32,000 bases of DNA, from the NCBI RefSeq assembly GCF_002945325.1, contig NZ_CP026606.1:300001-332000 (forward strand). The letters are read 5' to 3'. Within the stretch, counting starts at the first letter, position 1. Every line of letters begins with the position of its first letter. The stretch comes from Methanococcus maripaludis (GTDB lineage: Archaea; AGJL01; Methanococci; Methanococcales; Methanococcaceae). A program made the position numbers and the translations under genes. Shown here one piece after another: positions 1 through 10,094 of the stretch. The notes beneath the pieces were generated by a model. That model searched no databases, was not told the origin of the DNA, and saw only the letters and a list, made by a program, of their open reading frames with translations.

Positions 1-47
1 TTAAAAAACAGAAGATTACTTAAAAATTAAAAAATTAAAAAGAGGAA

Positions 48-737
48 TTATTCTTGTGTTTCAGCAGCAGCAGCAGCAGCAGCTTCTACTACTTCCTCAG
101 CAGCAGCTTCTTCCACAGGTGCTTCAGCAGCTTTTCCAAATTCTATAACTTCGGATTTGAAGATTTCTACTCTTTTTAATGGGAACATTTTTTTACAGTC
201 GCCGTAGATTTTTGAACCTAATCCGCCCATTAACATAGCGTGTACGAATTCAGCAAATGGAGTTTCTTTTGCCATGTCTTTGATTATTTGTTCCATTCTA
301 ACTCTAATTTCTGTTTTGTGGTGGTCTCTTGCTCTTACAGCTGTTAAAACTAATGCTTTAACTCTTACTTTGAAACCATCTTTTGTTCTTACTTCAACGA
401 TTGCGTTGATTTTGCTTCTTCTTCTTCTTCTAACTTGTGATTTTAAGTATTCTCTTGTTGTGTCGTGACCTACAAACTGTGATGTAGCGTTGTTTCCACT
501 TACGCCATCAACTTTGAAATACATTCTTGTCATGTGTTTTGAATGTTCGTTTGTCAAGTCTCTTAAGCTGATTTCTGAAATCCTGCCGATCAAGTTTGCA
601 GGGTCGTTTGCTGGAGTTTGTCCAATTACGTCTCCACCGAATGATTGTGGTGTGTAAATATCATACCATACTTTGGATTTCCATGTATCTTTGGCCACTC
701 TTTTTCCTTTAGCGGACCTAGCTTTCATTCTTGCCAT
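48..737 (-). CDS. rps3ae: 30S ribosomal protein S3Ae (S1e family)
   Basis: 229 aa ORF; MARMKARSAKGKRVAKDTWKSKVWYDIYTP...FGGDVIGQTPA and RRRRSKINAIVEV are characteristic of S3Ae; Ala/Glu-rich C-terminal tail. Confidence 0.95.
   Translation of the reverse strand: MARMKARSAKGKRVAKDTWKSKVWYDIYTPQSFGGDVIGQTPANDPANLIGRISEISLRDLTNEHSKHMTRMYFKVDGVSGNNATSQFVGHDTTREYLKSQVRRRRRSKINAIVEVRTKDGFKVRVKALVLTAVRARDHHKTEIRVRMEQIIKDMAKETPFAEFVHAMLMGGLGSKIYGDCKKMFPLKRVEIFKSEVIEFGKAAEAPVEEAAAEEVVEAAAAAAAETQE
62..82. repeat. (CAG)7 trinucleotide repeat encoding the poly-Ala tail of S3Ae
   Basis: Read directly: seven consecutive CAG units on + strand (GCT/CTG-type codons on coding strand in Ala frame). Confidence 0.9.
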
Positions 738-749
738 TGTTACACCTCA

Positions 750-1358
750 TTATAACATATATTCGGTTAAATCTGTGTAATCTCTAAGTGGTTTTACAGG
801 TTCACCGTATATTCTTTTGATTTTACGGGCTAATTCCCTTGAAAAATTTCCTTTTTCTGTTTTTATCTGTTTTATTCTGAAGAAATCTCGTCCTGCACGA
901 TATATCTTCTTTTCTTCGAATACATAATCTTGTGGAACAAGTATATTGAATGAATATGTACTTTCTCTCGAATTTATAGATATGCCAACTTTTTTAGGAA
1001 CATCTATTGATCTTGCCCATATCATCTTTAAATCTTGTGCAGCGGATGAAGAAACTCTTCTTGAATCTTCAGTTTCTAAAGCAGTAATTTCAACAGATTC
1101 GTCAAACGCCAAGATTACATCTTCAACTTTCAAAATCTCATCTGTCGCAATTTGAAGTACAGATTGTTCTGATTCGTCGTATCTGCTTATCACTATTTTA
1201 ATATCTTTTAATTTGAAATTTTTTTCTATATCGTGTACAGTTCCACATTCCTGACACTTTACAGTAATTTTCAAATGTTTTTTCGATTCTTTTTCTTTTA
1301 ATACAGTGTGGAGAGTTACTTCATCGCAACCCGGGCATTCGAGATACAAATCTTCCAT
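750..1358 (-). CDS. Archaeal HVO_0476-family-like zinc finger protein
   Basis: 202 aa; N-terminal CPGCDEVTLHTVL...KCQECG Cys4 zinc ribbon; located between two ribosomal protein genes. Confidence 0.75.
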   Translation of the reverse strand: MEDLYLECPGCDEVTLHTVLKEKESKKHLKITVKCQECGTVHDIEKNFKLKDIKIVISRYDESEQSVLQIATDEILKVEDVILAFDESVEITALETEDSRRVSSSAAQDLKMIWARSIDVPKKVGISINSRESTYSFNILVPQDYVFEEKKIYRAGRDFFRIKQIKTEKGNFSRELARKIKRIYGEPVKPLRDYTDLTEYML

Positions 1359-1387
1359 TTAAACCACATAAATCTTTTTAAGAAGAA

Positions 1388-2050
1388 TTATCTTCTTCTT
1401 CTATGGAACCTTCCTCTTTGTCTGTTTGAAGGGTTCATTTTTACTTTAACATTCATTGCTTTTTCGAGGAACTGGTCGTATGAGAATGGAGCTTCTTCAC
1501 CAATAAGTCCTCTGTTTTTCATGTATTCTCTTGCAATAAGGTAGTACATTAATGATACTGATTTTCTACCTTTGTTGTTCGTAGGGATGATGAAATCGAT
1601 GTGTGCTGTTAAGTGTTCTGTATCACACATACCAATAACAGGGATTCCGATTTCGATTGCTTCTTTTAATGCTTGTTTGTCAACCCTAGGGTCGCTCAAA
1701 AATAAAACTTCTGGTTCAGCGAATTTTCTAGCTGAAGGGTTTGTTAATGTACCTGGAACGAACCTTCCAGCTACCGTGTTTATTCCTGTAACTTTTCCGA
1801 ATTCTTTTAAAGGACCTACTGAGTAAACTCTTCTTGTAACAGCCATGATGTCTTCAGGCTCATAGTTTGATAAGAATTTAGCAGCGAGTCTTAACCTTTC
1901 ATCAGTCTTTCTAACGTCTAAAACATATAATCCGTCAGCCCTAACCCTGTAGATAAATCTTCTCATATCTTCAGTTTTTTGCTGAGTACCGATGTGTATC
2001 CCAGACGCCAAATAGGTGTCTAAGGTTGTCAATAGATTTTCATCTGACAT
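1388..2050 (-). CDS. rps2: 30S ribosomal protein S2
   Basis: 220 aa; [65 protein letters not shown]2 signatures. Confidence 0.97.
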   Translation of the reverse strand: MSDENLLTTLDTYLASGIHIGTQQKTEDMRRFIYRVRADGLYVLDVRKTDERLRLAAKFLSNYEPEDIMAVTRRVYSVGPLKEFGKVTGINTVAGRFVPGTLTNPSARKFAEPEVLFLSDPRVDKQALKEAIEIGIPVIGMCDTEHLTAHIDFIIPTNNKGRKSVSLMYYLIAREYMKNRGLIGEEAPFSYDQFLEKAMNVKVKMNPSNRQRGRFHRRRR

Positions 2051-2417
2051 TTTTCTTCCTCCAAAAAAGTGGTTTCTTGACTTTGATAAAATAAAGCCTT
2101 TTGCGGTATATTTTTTTATGTGTATTTGTGTTTTAGTCTTTCAAATTCAAAAATTGACTATTAGAAAAATTTAAACAGTATATGAATATGTAATTTACTA
2201 TATATACTTTTCTAAAAAACGGAAATTGACCCCATTTACATACTTTTGAAATAATATTTTTTTAATTATTAAAAAAGTTTTAAATAAAGTTAGCTCCTTA
2301 AGTGATAATTCGAACTAGATTTTAAAAACCTTGATGTTCATATATTATGAATTATTTTATAATTAAAATGAATATAATATTGCATTATCTCTGATATCGA
2401 TTATATTGGTGGAACAG

Positions 2418-4043
2418 ATGGAATTTGCACTTATAGCAGGTGTTCTTGGTGGGCTCGCATTATTCATTTACGGTATGAATTTAATGGGTAACGGGCTTCA
2501 AAAAGTCGCAGGAGATGGATTAAAGCGACTTATCGAAGTTTTAACTAAAAATAAATATCTTGGAGTGTTAGTTGGAACTGTTGTAACGATGCTAATCCAA
2601 AGCAGTAGTGCAACAACAGTTATGGTTGTTGGTTTCGTAAATGCATCCTTGATGAACCTTACTCAAGCCATTGGGGTGATTATGGGTGCAAACATTGGGA
2701 CAACAGTTACTGCACAGCTTGTTGCATTCAAATTAACAGACATTGCCCCGCTAATTGTTGCAATTGGGGTGATTATGCAGCTTGTCTCAAAAAAACGAAA
2801 ACACTCAGATATTGCTGAAGTTTTAATTGGTTTTGGTATTTTATTTATTGGAATGCACACAATGTCAAGCGTATTAAAACCACTTGCAGCTGAACCATTC
2901 TTTACAAATCTGTTAATGGATCTTGAAAACCCAGTTCTTGGATTATTCGTAGGTCTTGGAATGACGCTTATGATTCAAAGCAGTAGTGCAACAATTGGAC
3001 TTTTGATTGCTGTAGCATCAACAGGTGCATTAAGCCTTGCTGTTGCATTTCCAATATTATTTGGTGACAACATCGGAACTTGTGTGACAGCCCTTCTTTC
3101 AAGTATTGGTGCAAACAGGACTGCAAAAAGAGCAGCTCTCATGCACTTGATATTCAATATTACAGGTGCATTAATATTCATGGTTTTGATTTACACAACA
3201 CCGTTAATTCCATGGATTCAAAGTTTAAGCGCAGGTAGTGTTGAAAGGCAGATTGCAAATGCACACACGATATTCAACGTTACAAACACGCTTATAATGC
3301 TCCCATTTGCAGGATTTTTCGTTTATGCAGTTGAAAAATTAATACCGATAAAAGACTACGAAAAAGAATTTATGCCCATAAAACATCTTGATTCAAGAAT
3401 TATTATGGAAACACCATCCATTGCTGTTGGTCTTGGGGTAAAAGAAGTCGTGGAAATGGGAAAATTTGTACGTGAAAACTTAAGACTCTCAAAAGAGGCC
3501 CTTGTAAATAAAAATGTCCAGAGTATCAAAGAAGTGCACGAAAAAGAAAAAATAATCGATACAATGGCTCACGAAATTACAAATCACTTAATTGAACTTT
3601 CGAACCAAGAAATTTCGGATAGTCAAAAATTAAAAATTACAAGCCTTATAAGTAACGTTACAAGCCTCGAAAGGATTGGCGACCTTGCAGAAGACATTGT
3701 AGAACATGCTGAAAATGTAATTGAAGACAATATCGAATTTACAAACACTGCAGTTGATGAACTCAATTTCATGTTTGATAAAGTAATAGTTTCGATAGAC
3801 ACTGCAATAGAAGCTTTTGAAACTGAAGATGAAGTACTGGTCGAAAAAGTAACATTCCTTGAAGATGAAGTCGACAACCTTGAAAAAACATTTAGAAAAC
3901 AGCACATAAAAAGATTAAACGCTAAAGAATGTGCCCCAAAAGCAAGTATTGTATTTTTGGACATTATTGGATATCTTGAAAGGATATCTGACCACGCTGT
4001 AAAAATTGCAACAGGCCTTGAAGAAGAAGAGTTTGATGCATAA
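2418..4043 (+). CDS. Na/Pi cotransporter family protein with C-terminal PhoU-like helical domain
   Basis: ORF 2406..4043; GNGLQKVAGDGLKRLIE, two QSSSATT/QSSSATI repeats (inverted-repeat NptA/PNaS fold). ATG at 2418 is preceded by GGTGG. Confidence 0.9.
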   Translation: MEFALIAGVLGGLALFIYGMNLMGNGLQKVAGDGLKRLIEVLTKNKYLGVLVGTVVTMLIQSSSATTVMVVGFVNASLMNLTQAIGVIMGANIGTTVTAQLVAFKLTDIAPLIVAIGVIMQLVSKKRKHSDIAEVLIGFGILFIGMHTMSSVLKPLAAEPFFTNLLMDLENPVLGLFVGLGMTLMIQSSSATIGLLIAVASTGALSLAVAFPILFGDNIGTCVTALLSSIGANRTAKRAALMHLIFNITGALIFMVLIYTTPLIPWIQSLSAGSVERQIANAHTIFNVTNTLIMLPFAGFFVYAVEKLIPIKDYEKEFMPIKHLDSRIIMETPSIAVGLGVKEVVEMGKFVRENLRLSKEALVNKNVQSIKEVHEKEKIIDTMAHEITNHLIELSNQEISDSQKLKITSLISNVTSLERIGDLAEDIVEHAENVIEDNIEFTNTAVDELNFMFDKVIVSIDTAIEAFETEDEVLVEKVTFLEDEVDNLEKTFRKQHIKRLNAKECAPKASIVFLDIIGYLERISDHAVKIATGLEEEEFDA

Positions 4044-4105
4044 AAAATTTTAATTTTTAATTTTTTAAAAACAGAAACAAAACAATTATAATAAAAAATC
4101 TATTT

Positions 4106-4603
4106 TTAAAGTTCATTTAAATCTTTACAAATGCAAAATTCACATATCGAAAGTTCATTTGATTGTGCATTTTTTATCGGACAGTAATAATTTCCATTTT
4201 TTTCGATTATCTGCTTTCCACCAGGAAATCTTGTAGTTAAAGCGTGTAGTGGTCGTTCATTTATAAAAATTAAGTAATTTATAACTGTTTTTACAAGTTT
4301 TTCGTAAGATTCTCGTCCAGTTTGTTTAGAACCCATACTGCAAAGTCTTAAATCAACCCGTTTTATTTCTTCATCTTCAATTTCAAAATCTTCAATTTCT
4401 TCTTCGGTTTTATTTTTTATTTCTTTCAAAACTTCGGGGAAAAATGTAAAAAAGTCTTCAATATATCCTTTTTTATAATCTTGTGGCAAATAAGTCATAT
4501 CTTTTTCTAAATAGACTTTTGCATTCATTAAATCAAAAATACTTACATCGTAAGATTCTTCTTTGAGTTTAGAAAAAAATTTTCTGCTTTTCATAAGTTT
4601 CAC
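4106..4603 (-). CDS. UPF0305 / DUF2115-like conserved methanogen protein
   Basis: 165 aa; conserved-looking HALTTRFPGGKQIIEKNGNYYCPIKNAQ...SICEFCICKD with C-terminal cysteines. Confidence 0.7.
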   Translation of the reverse strand: MKLMKSRKFFSKLKEESYDVSIFDLMNAKVYLEKDMTYLPQDYKKGYIEDFFTFFPEVLKEIKNKTEEEIEDFEIEDEEIKRVDLRLCSMGSKQTGRESYEKLVKTVINYLIFINERPLHALTTRFPGGKQIIEKNGNYYCPIKNAQSNELSICEFCICKDLNEL

Positions 4604-4637
4604 AAAAATATTGGATTATTAAGTAAATATTATCTAA

Positions 4638-5198
4638 TTATCCAAATAGACTTTCAACACCAAAACAGATCATTGCAACGATTACTCCGCCAAGAACCAT
4701 TTTTAGCCCCGAAATTAAAAGATTATCTCTTGAGAGCTTTCCAATGAAAATTCCAAGTCCTAAAAGTATCAATAAAGTAAATGCTATTGCCATTATTAAA
4801 GCAGTGCTCTGTTCAAATATAAAAAACGGAATTACGGGAATTACCGCACCAACACAGGTTGATAAACCATCATAGGTCCCACTGTACATCGTTTTATTTA
4901 ATTTGTACTGGTATTCATGAGTTCCTTTTAAATTCCCGTTACCAATTAACAGGCTTTTTTCCTTTTTTTCCCGTTCTTCTTCAATTATTGCACGTTCTGC
5001 AGTTAATGCACCAAGTATATTTGATATACCGTTTGCAATTCCACCGCCGATTCCTGCTGCAATAATTATCGAGGTTTCCCCACCACTTGCACCGATAACT
5101 ACCCCAAGTGTCGAAAGCGAACCATCGATCAAACCCCTCACAACATATCTTGTATCAAATTCCTGCTTGAAATTTCTTAAAACTTCTTTAATTTCCAC
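4638..5198 (-). CDS. VIT1/CCC1-like membrane protein (TIGR00267-like)
   Basis: 186 aa; RYVVRGLIDGSLSTLGVVIGASGG, G-rich TM helices typical of VIT1/CCC1 family; GTG start. Confidence 0.8.
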   Translation of the reverse strand: MEIKEVLRNFKQEFDTRYVVRGLIDGSLSTLGVVIGASGGETSIIIAAGIGGGIANGISNILGALTAERAIIEEEREKKEKSLLIGNGNLKGTHEYQYKLNKTMYSGTYDGLSTCVGAVIPVIPFFIFEQSTALIMAIAFTLLILLGLGIFIGKLSRDNLLISGLKMVLGGVIVAMICFGVESLFG

Positions 5199-5225
5199 TA
5201 AAAATCCCCTTTTTAATTTTGAGAG

Positions 5226-6845
5226 TTACTCTAATTTATCATCGGCCACGTGCCATATCAAATTATCGAGAATACTAACTTCTACAATATTGTCTGCTTT
5301 TTTAATTAATTTATCACAATCCTTGCTCAAATTAAGAAGGTGCAATTGCTTTCCATGCTGAGTATATTTCTCTGCAACCGTATTTATTGCTTCAATTGCG
5401 GAATGATCATAAACCCTTGATTTATTAAAGTCTATAACCACATCAATTGGGTCATTTTCATAATCAAATAGGTCTTTGAATTTTGATGTTGATGCAAAAA
5501 ACAAAGGGCCGTGAAGCATGTATACTTTTTTGTTCTTCATAGATTTTGTACTTGCCCATACATCTTTTCCTCGATCCCATGCAAAAACAAGTGCTGCTAA
5601 TATAATTCCCAAAAATACCGCTGTTGCAAGGTCTAATACAACAGTCATGATTGAAACAACTGCAATAATTACTGCATCGGAAAGTGGTATTTTTTTCAAA
5701 ATTCTAAAGCTAGACCACTCGAAAGTGCCAATTACAACGATAAACATGACTCCAACAAGTGCTGCAAGCGGAATCATTTCAATTATCGGAGCGCCCCATA
5801 CAATAAATACCAGCAATAGTACTGCAGCAGAAGCTCCTGAAAGCCTGCCTCGTCCACCGCCCCGAATATTTATCATGCTTTGGCCGATCATTGCACAGCC
5901 ACCCATTCCGCCAAAAAATCCGTTTAAGATGTTTGCAATACCCTGACCAATACATTCCTTATTACTTCTACCGCGAGTTTCGGTTAATTCATCAATTAAT
6001 CTTAAAGTCATTAATGATTCGATTAATCCAACACATGCTGCTAAGAATGAATAGGGAAGAACCGTTTTAATTGTATCCCAATTTAACGGAACATTTGGCA
6101 AAGCAAAGGAGGGCATTGAAACTGCGAGCGTTGTTTTTAGAGGTTCTATTGATTTTATAAAATCAAGAACTGTTAAAACTGTGTATCCTGCATTATTTAA
6201 GAAATACGAAATTATCGTTACAGTAATTATTGCCACAAGCGTTGCGGGAACTGCACGTGTGATTTTTGGCAGGAAAATTGATATAGCCATTGTTATTGCA
6301 ATTAAAACAAGCATTATTGAAAGAATTGGCCAAGGCAGTAAATTTCCATCTGCACCATAAAATTGACCGATTTGTGATAAAAATATTATTATTGCAAGCC
6401 CATTTACAAATCCAAGCATTACCGGGTGCGGAATAAGTCTTACAAACTTACCAACTTTAGATATACCAAAAAATACCTGAAGAATACCCATCAATAAAAC
6501 CGCAATAAAAAGATATCCAAGTGCAGACTCCATTCCACTGGTTTGAACTTTTGATATCACCAATGGGGCAAATATAACTGCAACAGAACCTGTAGCTCCA
6601 CTTATCATTCCAGGACGTCCCCCAAGTAATGCAGTTACAATTCCCATAATAAATGCGGCATAAAGTCCGATTGTAGGATCAATTCCAAGAATAAATGAAA
6701 ATGCAATTGCTTCTGGAACCAGTGCCAGCGCTACGGTTAAGCCGGATAGCACATCATTTTTTACACTTCCATTTTTTGGAATTACCAATTCAACTATTTT
6801 ATTTTTTAAATCCTTAGTTTCATTCGTGTTTATTTTTTCATTCAT
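5226..6845 (-). CDS. SulP family inorganic anion transporter with C-terminal STAS domain
   Basis: 539 aa; DVLSGLTVALALVPEAIAFSFILGIDPTIGLYAAF, GRPGMISGATG, C-terminal VIDFNKSRVYDHSAIEAI STAS-like. Confidence 0.93.
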   Translation of the reverse strand: MNEKINTNETKDLKNKIVELVIPKNGSVKNDVLSGLTVALALVPEAIAFSFILGIDPTIGLYAAFIMGIVTALLGGRPGMISGATGSVAVIFAPLVISKVQTSGMESALGYLFIAVLLMGILQVFFGISKVGKFVRLIPHPVMLGFVNGLAIIIFLSQIGQFYGADGNLLPWPILSIMLVLIAITMAISIFLPKITRAVPATLVAIITVTIISYFLNNAGYTVLTVLDFIKSIEPLKTTLAVSMPSFALPNVPLNWDTIKTVLPYSFLAACVGLIESLMTLRLIDELTETRGRSNKECIGQGIANILNGFFGGMGGCAMIGQSMINIRGGGRGRLSGASAAVLLLVFIVWGAPIIEMIPLAALVGVMFIVVIGTFEWSSFRILKKIPLSDAVIIAVVSIMTVVLDLATAVFLGIILAALVFAWDRGKDVWASTKSMKNKKVYMLHGPLFFASTSKFKDLFDYENDPIDVVIDFNKSRVYDHSAIEAINTVAEKYTQHGKQLHLLNLSKDCDKLIKKADNIVEVSILDNLIWHVADDKLE

Positions 6846-6893
6846 TTTTAAATACCTTATATTTTATTGATTAAACGAATTTTTCGCTTTAAA

Positions 6894-7124
6894 TTATTTT
6901 TTAAGATTTACAATATTTTCTGCAAGTTCGTAATTTACAAAAAAGTCATCGAGTATATTTTTTAAAGATCCAACTGAATTAGATTTAATATTAACTTTAA
7001 TCTGTTCATTATCAAATTTAGTGTCAATTATAAGTCCATCGTCTATATCGTCAACTTTTAAGCTGTCTATAATTTTTTCTTTTGAATCGTAAGTCATTTC
7101 AAAATCTATTTTCATAAAAATCAT
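6894..7124 (-). CDS. pcc1: KEOPS complex subunit Pcc1-like
   Basis: 76 aa; small Pcc1-like fold pattern (DIDDGLIIDTKFDNEQIKVNIKSNSVGSLKNILDDFF); start overlaps the upstream gene's stop (ATGA); ATG at 7115 is an alternative start. Confidence 0.75.
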   Translation of the reverse strand: MIFMKIDFEMTYDSKEKIIDSLKVDDIDDGLIIDTKFDNEQIKVNIKSNSVGSLKNILDDFFVNYELAENIVNLKK

Positions 7125-7996
7125 TCTTTTAAATTTTTAAAATCGAGCCCTCTTCTTTTAAGCTCTTTATATATTTCTTCAGAAACTTCCGGGCACTCTA
7201 ACGCTTTTTCTGCCTGTTCGCGTGTCATGAGCCCATATCTAATCATTGCAGAAACTCTATCGTATTCAAAACTAAATCCGTGCTTTTTCTTAAATTCAAC
7301 AAGCGCTGGAGCAAGTACTAAACAGTTTGTCGTGTATCCACCAAGATCGGGTTTTTCCCAAGGAATTTCTTTTAATATCTTATATCTATCTTCTTCTGTT
7401 AATTTATATGCAACGAGGAGCCTCAACATATTTATTCCTTTTTTCATCTCCCTTATTGCAGTTGTACCAAATGGAAGTTCGTGTCCCGTCACAATCGTGT
7501 CGATATTCGTCTGTCTTGCAAACTGCCAGAGTTCGTGCATATTCATGTCAGAACATACTCTGCATGGAGATTCTCCTTTGGAAATGGTTTCCTTGAAGAA
7601 TTTCGTAAAATCCTTGTTTATTACAAGCCAGTCTACTCCAAAATATTTTGCAACGTTTTTACAGTTTGTAAGCGCTTCTTCTGCTAAATAGCCGTTATCA
7701 ACAGTTACACATAAAGGCCTAATTCTAAGTTCTTTTACGAGTAAATAAAGAGCAACAACGCTATCTTTTCCGCCAGAAAATCCCAAAATACAGTTGTATT
7801 TGTTATTTCTAATTCTGAGTTCATCTAAATATTCCATTACTTCGTTTTTCATTTCTTCGAAGTTTCTTGGAAATTTTAAGGCGTTTAAGCATTCGATGCA
7901 GATGTTTTTTCCTTCGTGTTTGAACATCGGGCGTGTTTTGCTGTTGTGAAGGCAAATTTCACAGTTTACCGTGTTTTTTCCTTTAATTTTTTCCAT
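7121..7996 (-). CDS. PP-loop ATPase / ATP-pyrophosphatase with N-terminal zinc ribbon (tRNA-thiolation or amidotransferase-like)
   Basis: 291 aa; CEIC..CIEC N-terminal pairs, GFSGGKDSVVALY PP-loop, SPCRVCSDMNMHELWQFA and TGHE. Confidence 0.85.
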   Translation of the reverse strand: MEKIKGKNTVNCEICLHNSKTRPMFKHEGKNICIECLNALKFPRNFEEMKNEVMEYLDELRIRNNKYNCILGFSGGKDSVVALYLLVKELRIRPLCVTVDNGYLAEEALTNCKNVAKYFGVDWLVINKDFTKFFKETISKGESPCRVCSDMNMHELWQFARQTNIDTIVTGHELPFGTTAIREMKKGINMLRLLVAYKLTEEDRYKILKEIPWEKPDLGGYTTNCLVLAPALVEFKKKHGFSFEYDRVSAMIRYGLMTREQAEKALECPEVSEEIYKELKRRGLDFKNLKE

Positions 7997-8200
7997 GATC
8001 TTCTACCAATACTAACTACTTAATTAAATTACTTAAATACATAACTCCAATAAAAATAATTTTACAAAAATTCTTTTTAAAATTTAGAGATTGATTTTCT
8101 TTTTAAAATTATATTCCCAATTAAATCGCAAATGAAATATATTCTTTTTTACAAATGAATATCCATAGTAATTATTATTAAAATTACGAAGGGGTTTAAA

Positions 8201-9325
8201 ATGGGTTTTAAAGAAGATTTACAAAAATTATCCGTACAAGTTGGCGAAAGAAAAGATTATATCAATAATGAAGAAACTACAAAACAGTCATTAATAATTC
8301 CTTTTGTTCAAACACTCGGTTTTGAAGTATTTAATCCCTTGGAAGTACGGCCAGAATATATCGCCGATTTTGGAAAGAAAAAAGGCGAAAAAGTCGATTA
8401 TGCTCTTTTTAAAGATAAAAAACCAGTCATGTTTATTGAAGCTAAATCAGTTACTGAAAATTTAAAAAACCATGATGCACAGCTTTCAAGGTATTTTAAT
8501 GCAGTTCCAGAAGTTAAACTTGCAATTTTAACTAATGGTGTAGATTATAAATTTTTTACAGATTTAAATTCTGAAAATATGATGGATGATAGTCCGTTTT
8601 TAACGTTAAATATCATGGATTTAAAGGATAGTGATTATGAAACCCTTCAAAAATTTAGAAAAGATGAATTCACCAAAGAAGAATTATTAAATCATGCCGA
8701 AGAACTTGTTTACATGTCGGCATTAAGGGGAACCCTCAGAAATTTGTTTAAAAATCCAAATGACGATTTTGTAAGGTTTTTAATAAAAGATGTAAGTGAA
8801 ATAAGAGTTACAAGTGCAGTGATTGAACGTTTTAGACCCCTAGTAAAAAAAGCAATATCTAATACAGTTTTAGATATTGTTTCTACAAGTTTATCTAAAG
8901 ATGAACATTTAGAAGAACCAGAAGTTATTGAACCCGAAATTTTAACTGAAATTCAGGAAACTGAAAATTCACAAAAAAGAGAAGTAATTACGACACAAGA
9001 AGAACTCAGTGCGTATGATAGGGTTGTGCAGATACTTGGGAAATACGGTAAAGATATTTCAGATGTAAATTATAAAGATACAACAATTTACTTTGGAATA
9101 TACCGTAAAAATATAACAAACTGGTTTTTGAGGTTTAATTTAGATTCTCAAACTAAACATATTATTACCAAACTAGAAATGGACGAAGCTAAATTATTGA
9201 GTAATGGTTTCGAAGTTGGACCGCCACAGAAAAGAAATGGCAATAGCAGAATATATTTTAATTCGATAGAAGACCTCGAAAAATTAGAAAATTTAATTGT
9301 AAAATGCTATGACCAATTAAAATAA
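8201..9325 (+). CDS. Orphan protein with type I restriction HsdR N-terminal-like nuclease domain
   Basis: 374 aa; YINNEETTKQSLIIPFVQTLGFEVFNPLEVRPEYIADFGKKKGEKVDYALFKDKKPVMFIEAK (D..EXK pattern), LAILTNGVDYKFFTDL. Confidence 0.85.
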   Translation: MGFKEDLQKLSVQVGERKDYINNEETTKQSLIIPFVQTLGFEVFNPLEVRPEYIADFGKKKGEKVDYALFKDKKPVMFIEAKSVTENLKNHDAQLSRYFNAVPEVKLAILTNGVDYKFFTDLNSENMMDDSPFLTLNIMDLKDSDYETLQKFRKDEFTKEELLNHAEELVYMSALRGTLRNLFKNPNDDFVRFLIKDVSEIRVTSAVIERFRPLVKKAISNTVLDIVSTSLSKDEHLEEPEVIEPEILTEIQETENSQKREVITTQEELSAYDRVVQILGKYGKDISDVNYKDTTIYFGIYRKNITNWFLRFNLDSQTKHIITKLEMDEAKLLSNGFEVGPPQKRNGNSRIYFNSIEDLEKLENLIVKCYDQLK

Positions 9326-9533
9326 TCTCTTTTTAAATTTTAAAAAGAATATCTTTAATTTTTACATCTTTTTTATAATTTTAACCATTTTTAGAAAAAA
9401 TACCTTAATATATAAGTAAAAAACACTCAATATTATATAAGTTTAAATAGGATATTAAAAAAGCCTAAAAATCTGTGCATTTGTAAATTATAATACGTTC
9501 TATTCTTCATACGAGTTTATCCCGGTGAATATA

Positions 9534-10052
9534 ATGGATTTAAGAAAAAAGATAAGAATTGTAGAAAATTTTCCAATAGAAGGAATAAGCTTTAAAGATG
9601 TAACTCCGATTTTAAAAGACCCAAAAGCAATGAAGCATACGACAAAAGAGATTGCAAAATACCTCGAAGATAAAAATGTCGATGTTATAGTTGGCCCTGA
9701 AGCACGCGGTTTTTTATTCGGTGTTCCTGTTGCTCATGAACTTGATATAGGGTTTGTTCCAGTTCGAAAACCGGGAAAATTACCTTACAAAACTTTTTCA
9801 GTTGATTATGCACTTGAATACGGATCAGACAGCCTTGAAATTCACAGCGATGGAATTGAAAAAGGCCAGAACGTTGCAATAGTTGACGACCTTCTTGCAA
9901 CCGGCGGAACTGTTTTAGGTGTTAGTAAACTTGTAGAAAAACTTGGCGGGCACGTTTCAGCGCTTAATTTTGTAATCGAACTCACAGAATTAAAGGGAAG
10001 GGATAAATTAAAAGGATACGACATACAGTCGCTTGTTAAATACGATTTATAA
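9534..10052 (+). CDS. apt: Adenine phosphoribosyltransferase
   Basis: ORF 9525..10052; VENFPIEGISFKDVTPILKDPKA, GPEARGFLFG, VRKPGKLPYKT, VAIVDDLLATGGT; GGTGA 5-9 nt before ATG 9534. Confidence 0.93.
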   Translation: MDLRKKIRIVENFPIEGISFKDVTPILKDPKAMKHTTKEIAKYLEDKNVDVIVGPEARGFLFGVPVAHELDIGFVPVRKPGKLPYKTFSVDYALEYGSDSLEIHSDGIEKGQNVAIVDDLLATGGTVLGVSKLVEKLGGHVSALNFVIELTELKGRDKLKGYDIQSLVKYDL

Positions 10053-10094
10053 CGCTTTTTTTAAATACTAATTATTTTGATTTTGGTGAAGAAT

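Noticed and set aside
62-119. CAG-rich array considered as a repeat element or CRISPR-like array
   Set aside because: Triplet repeats in frame with a ribosomal protein tail; no spacers.
274-468. + strand ORF antisense to S3Ae
   Set aside because: Low-complexity Leu/Ser translation opposite a confident ribosomal protein gene; no RBS or family support.
3623-3964. Two overlapping minus-strand ORFs (3623..3964 and 3630..3905) inside the Na/Pi cotransporter gene
   Set aside because: Ser/Phe-rich shadow ORFs opposite the PhoU-like helical coding region.
7227-7691. Three overlapping + strand ORFs across the PP-loop gene
   Set aside because: Shadow ORFs of a well-supported minus-strand CDS.
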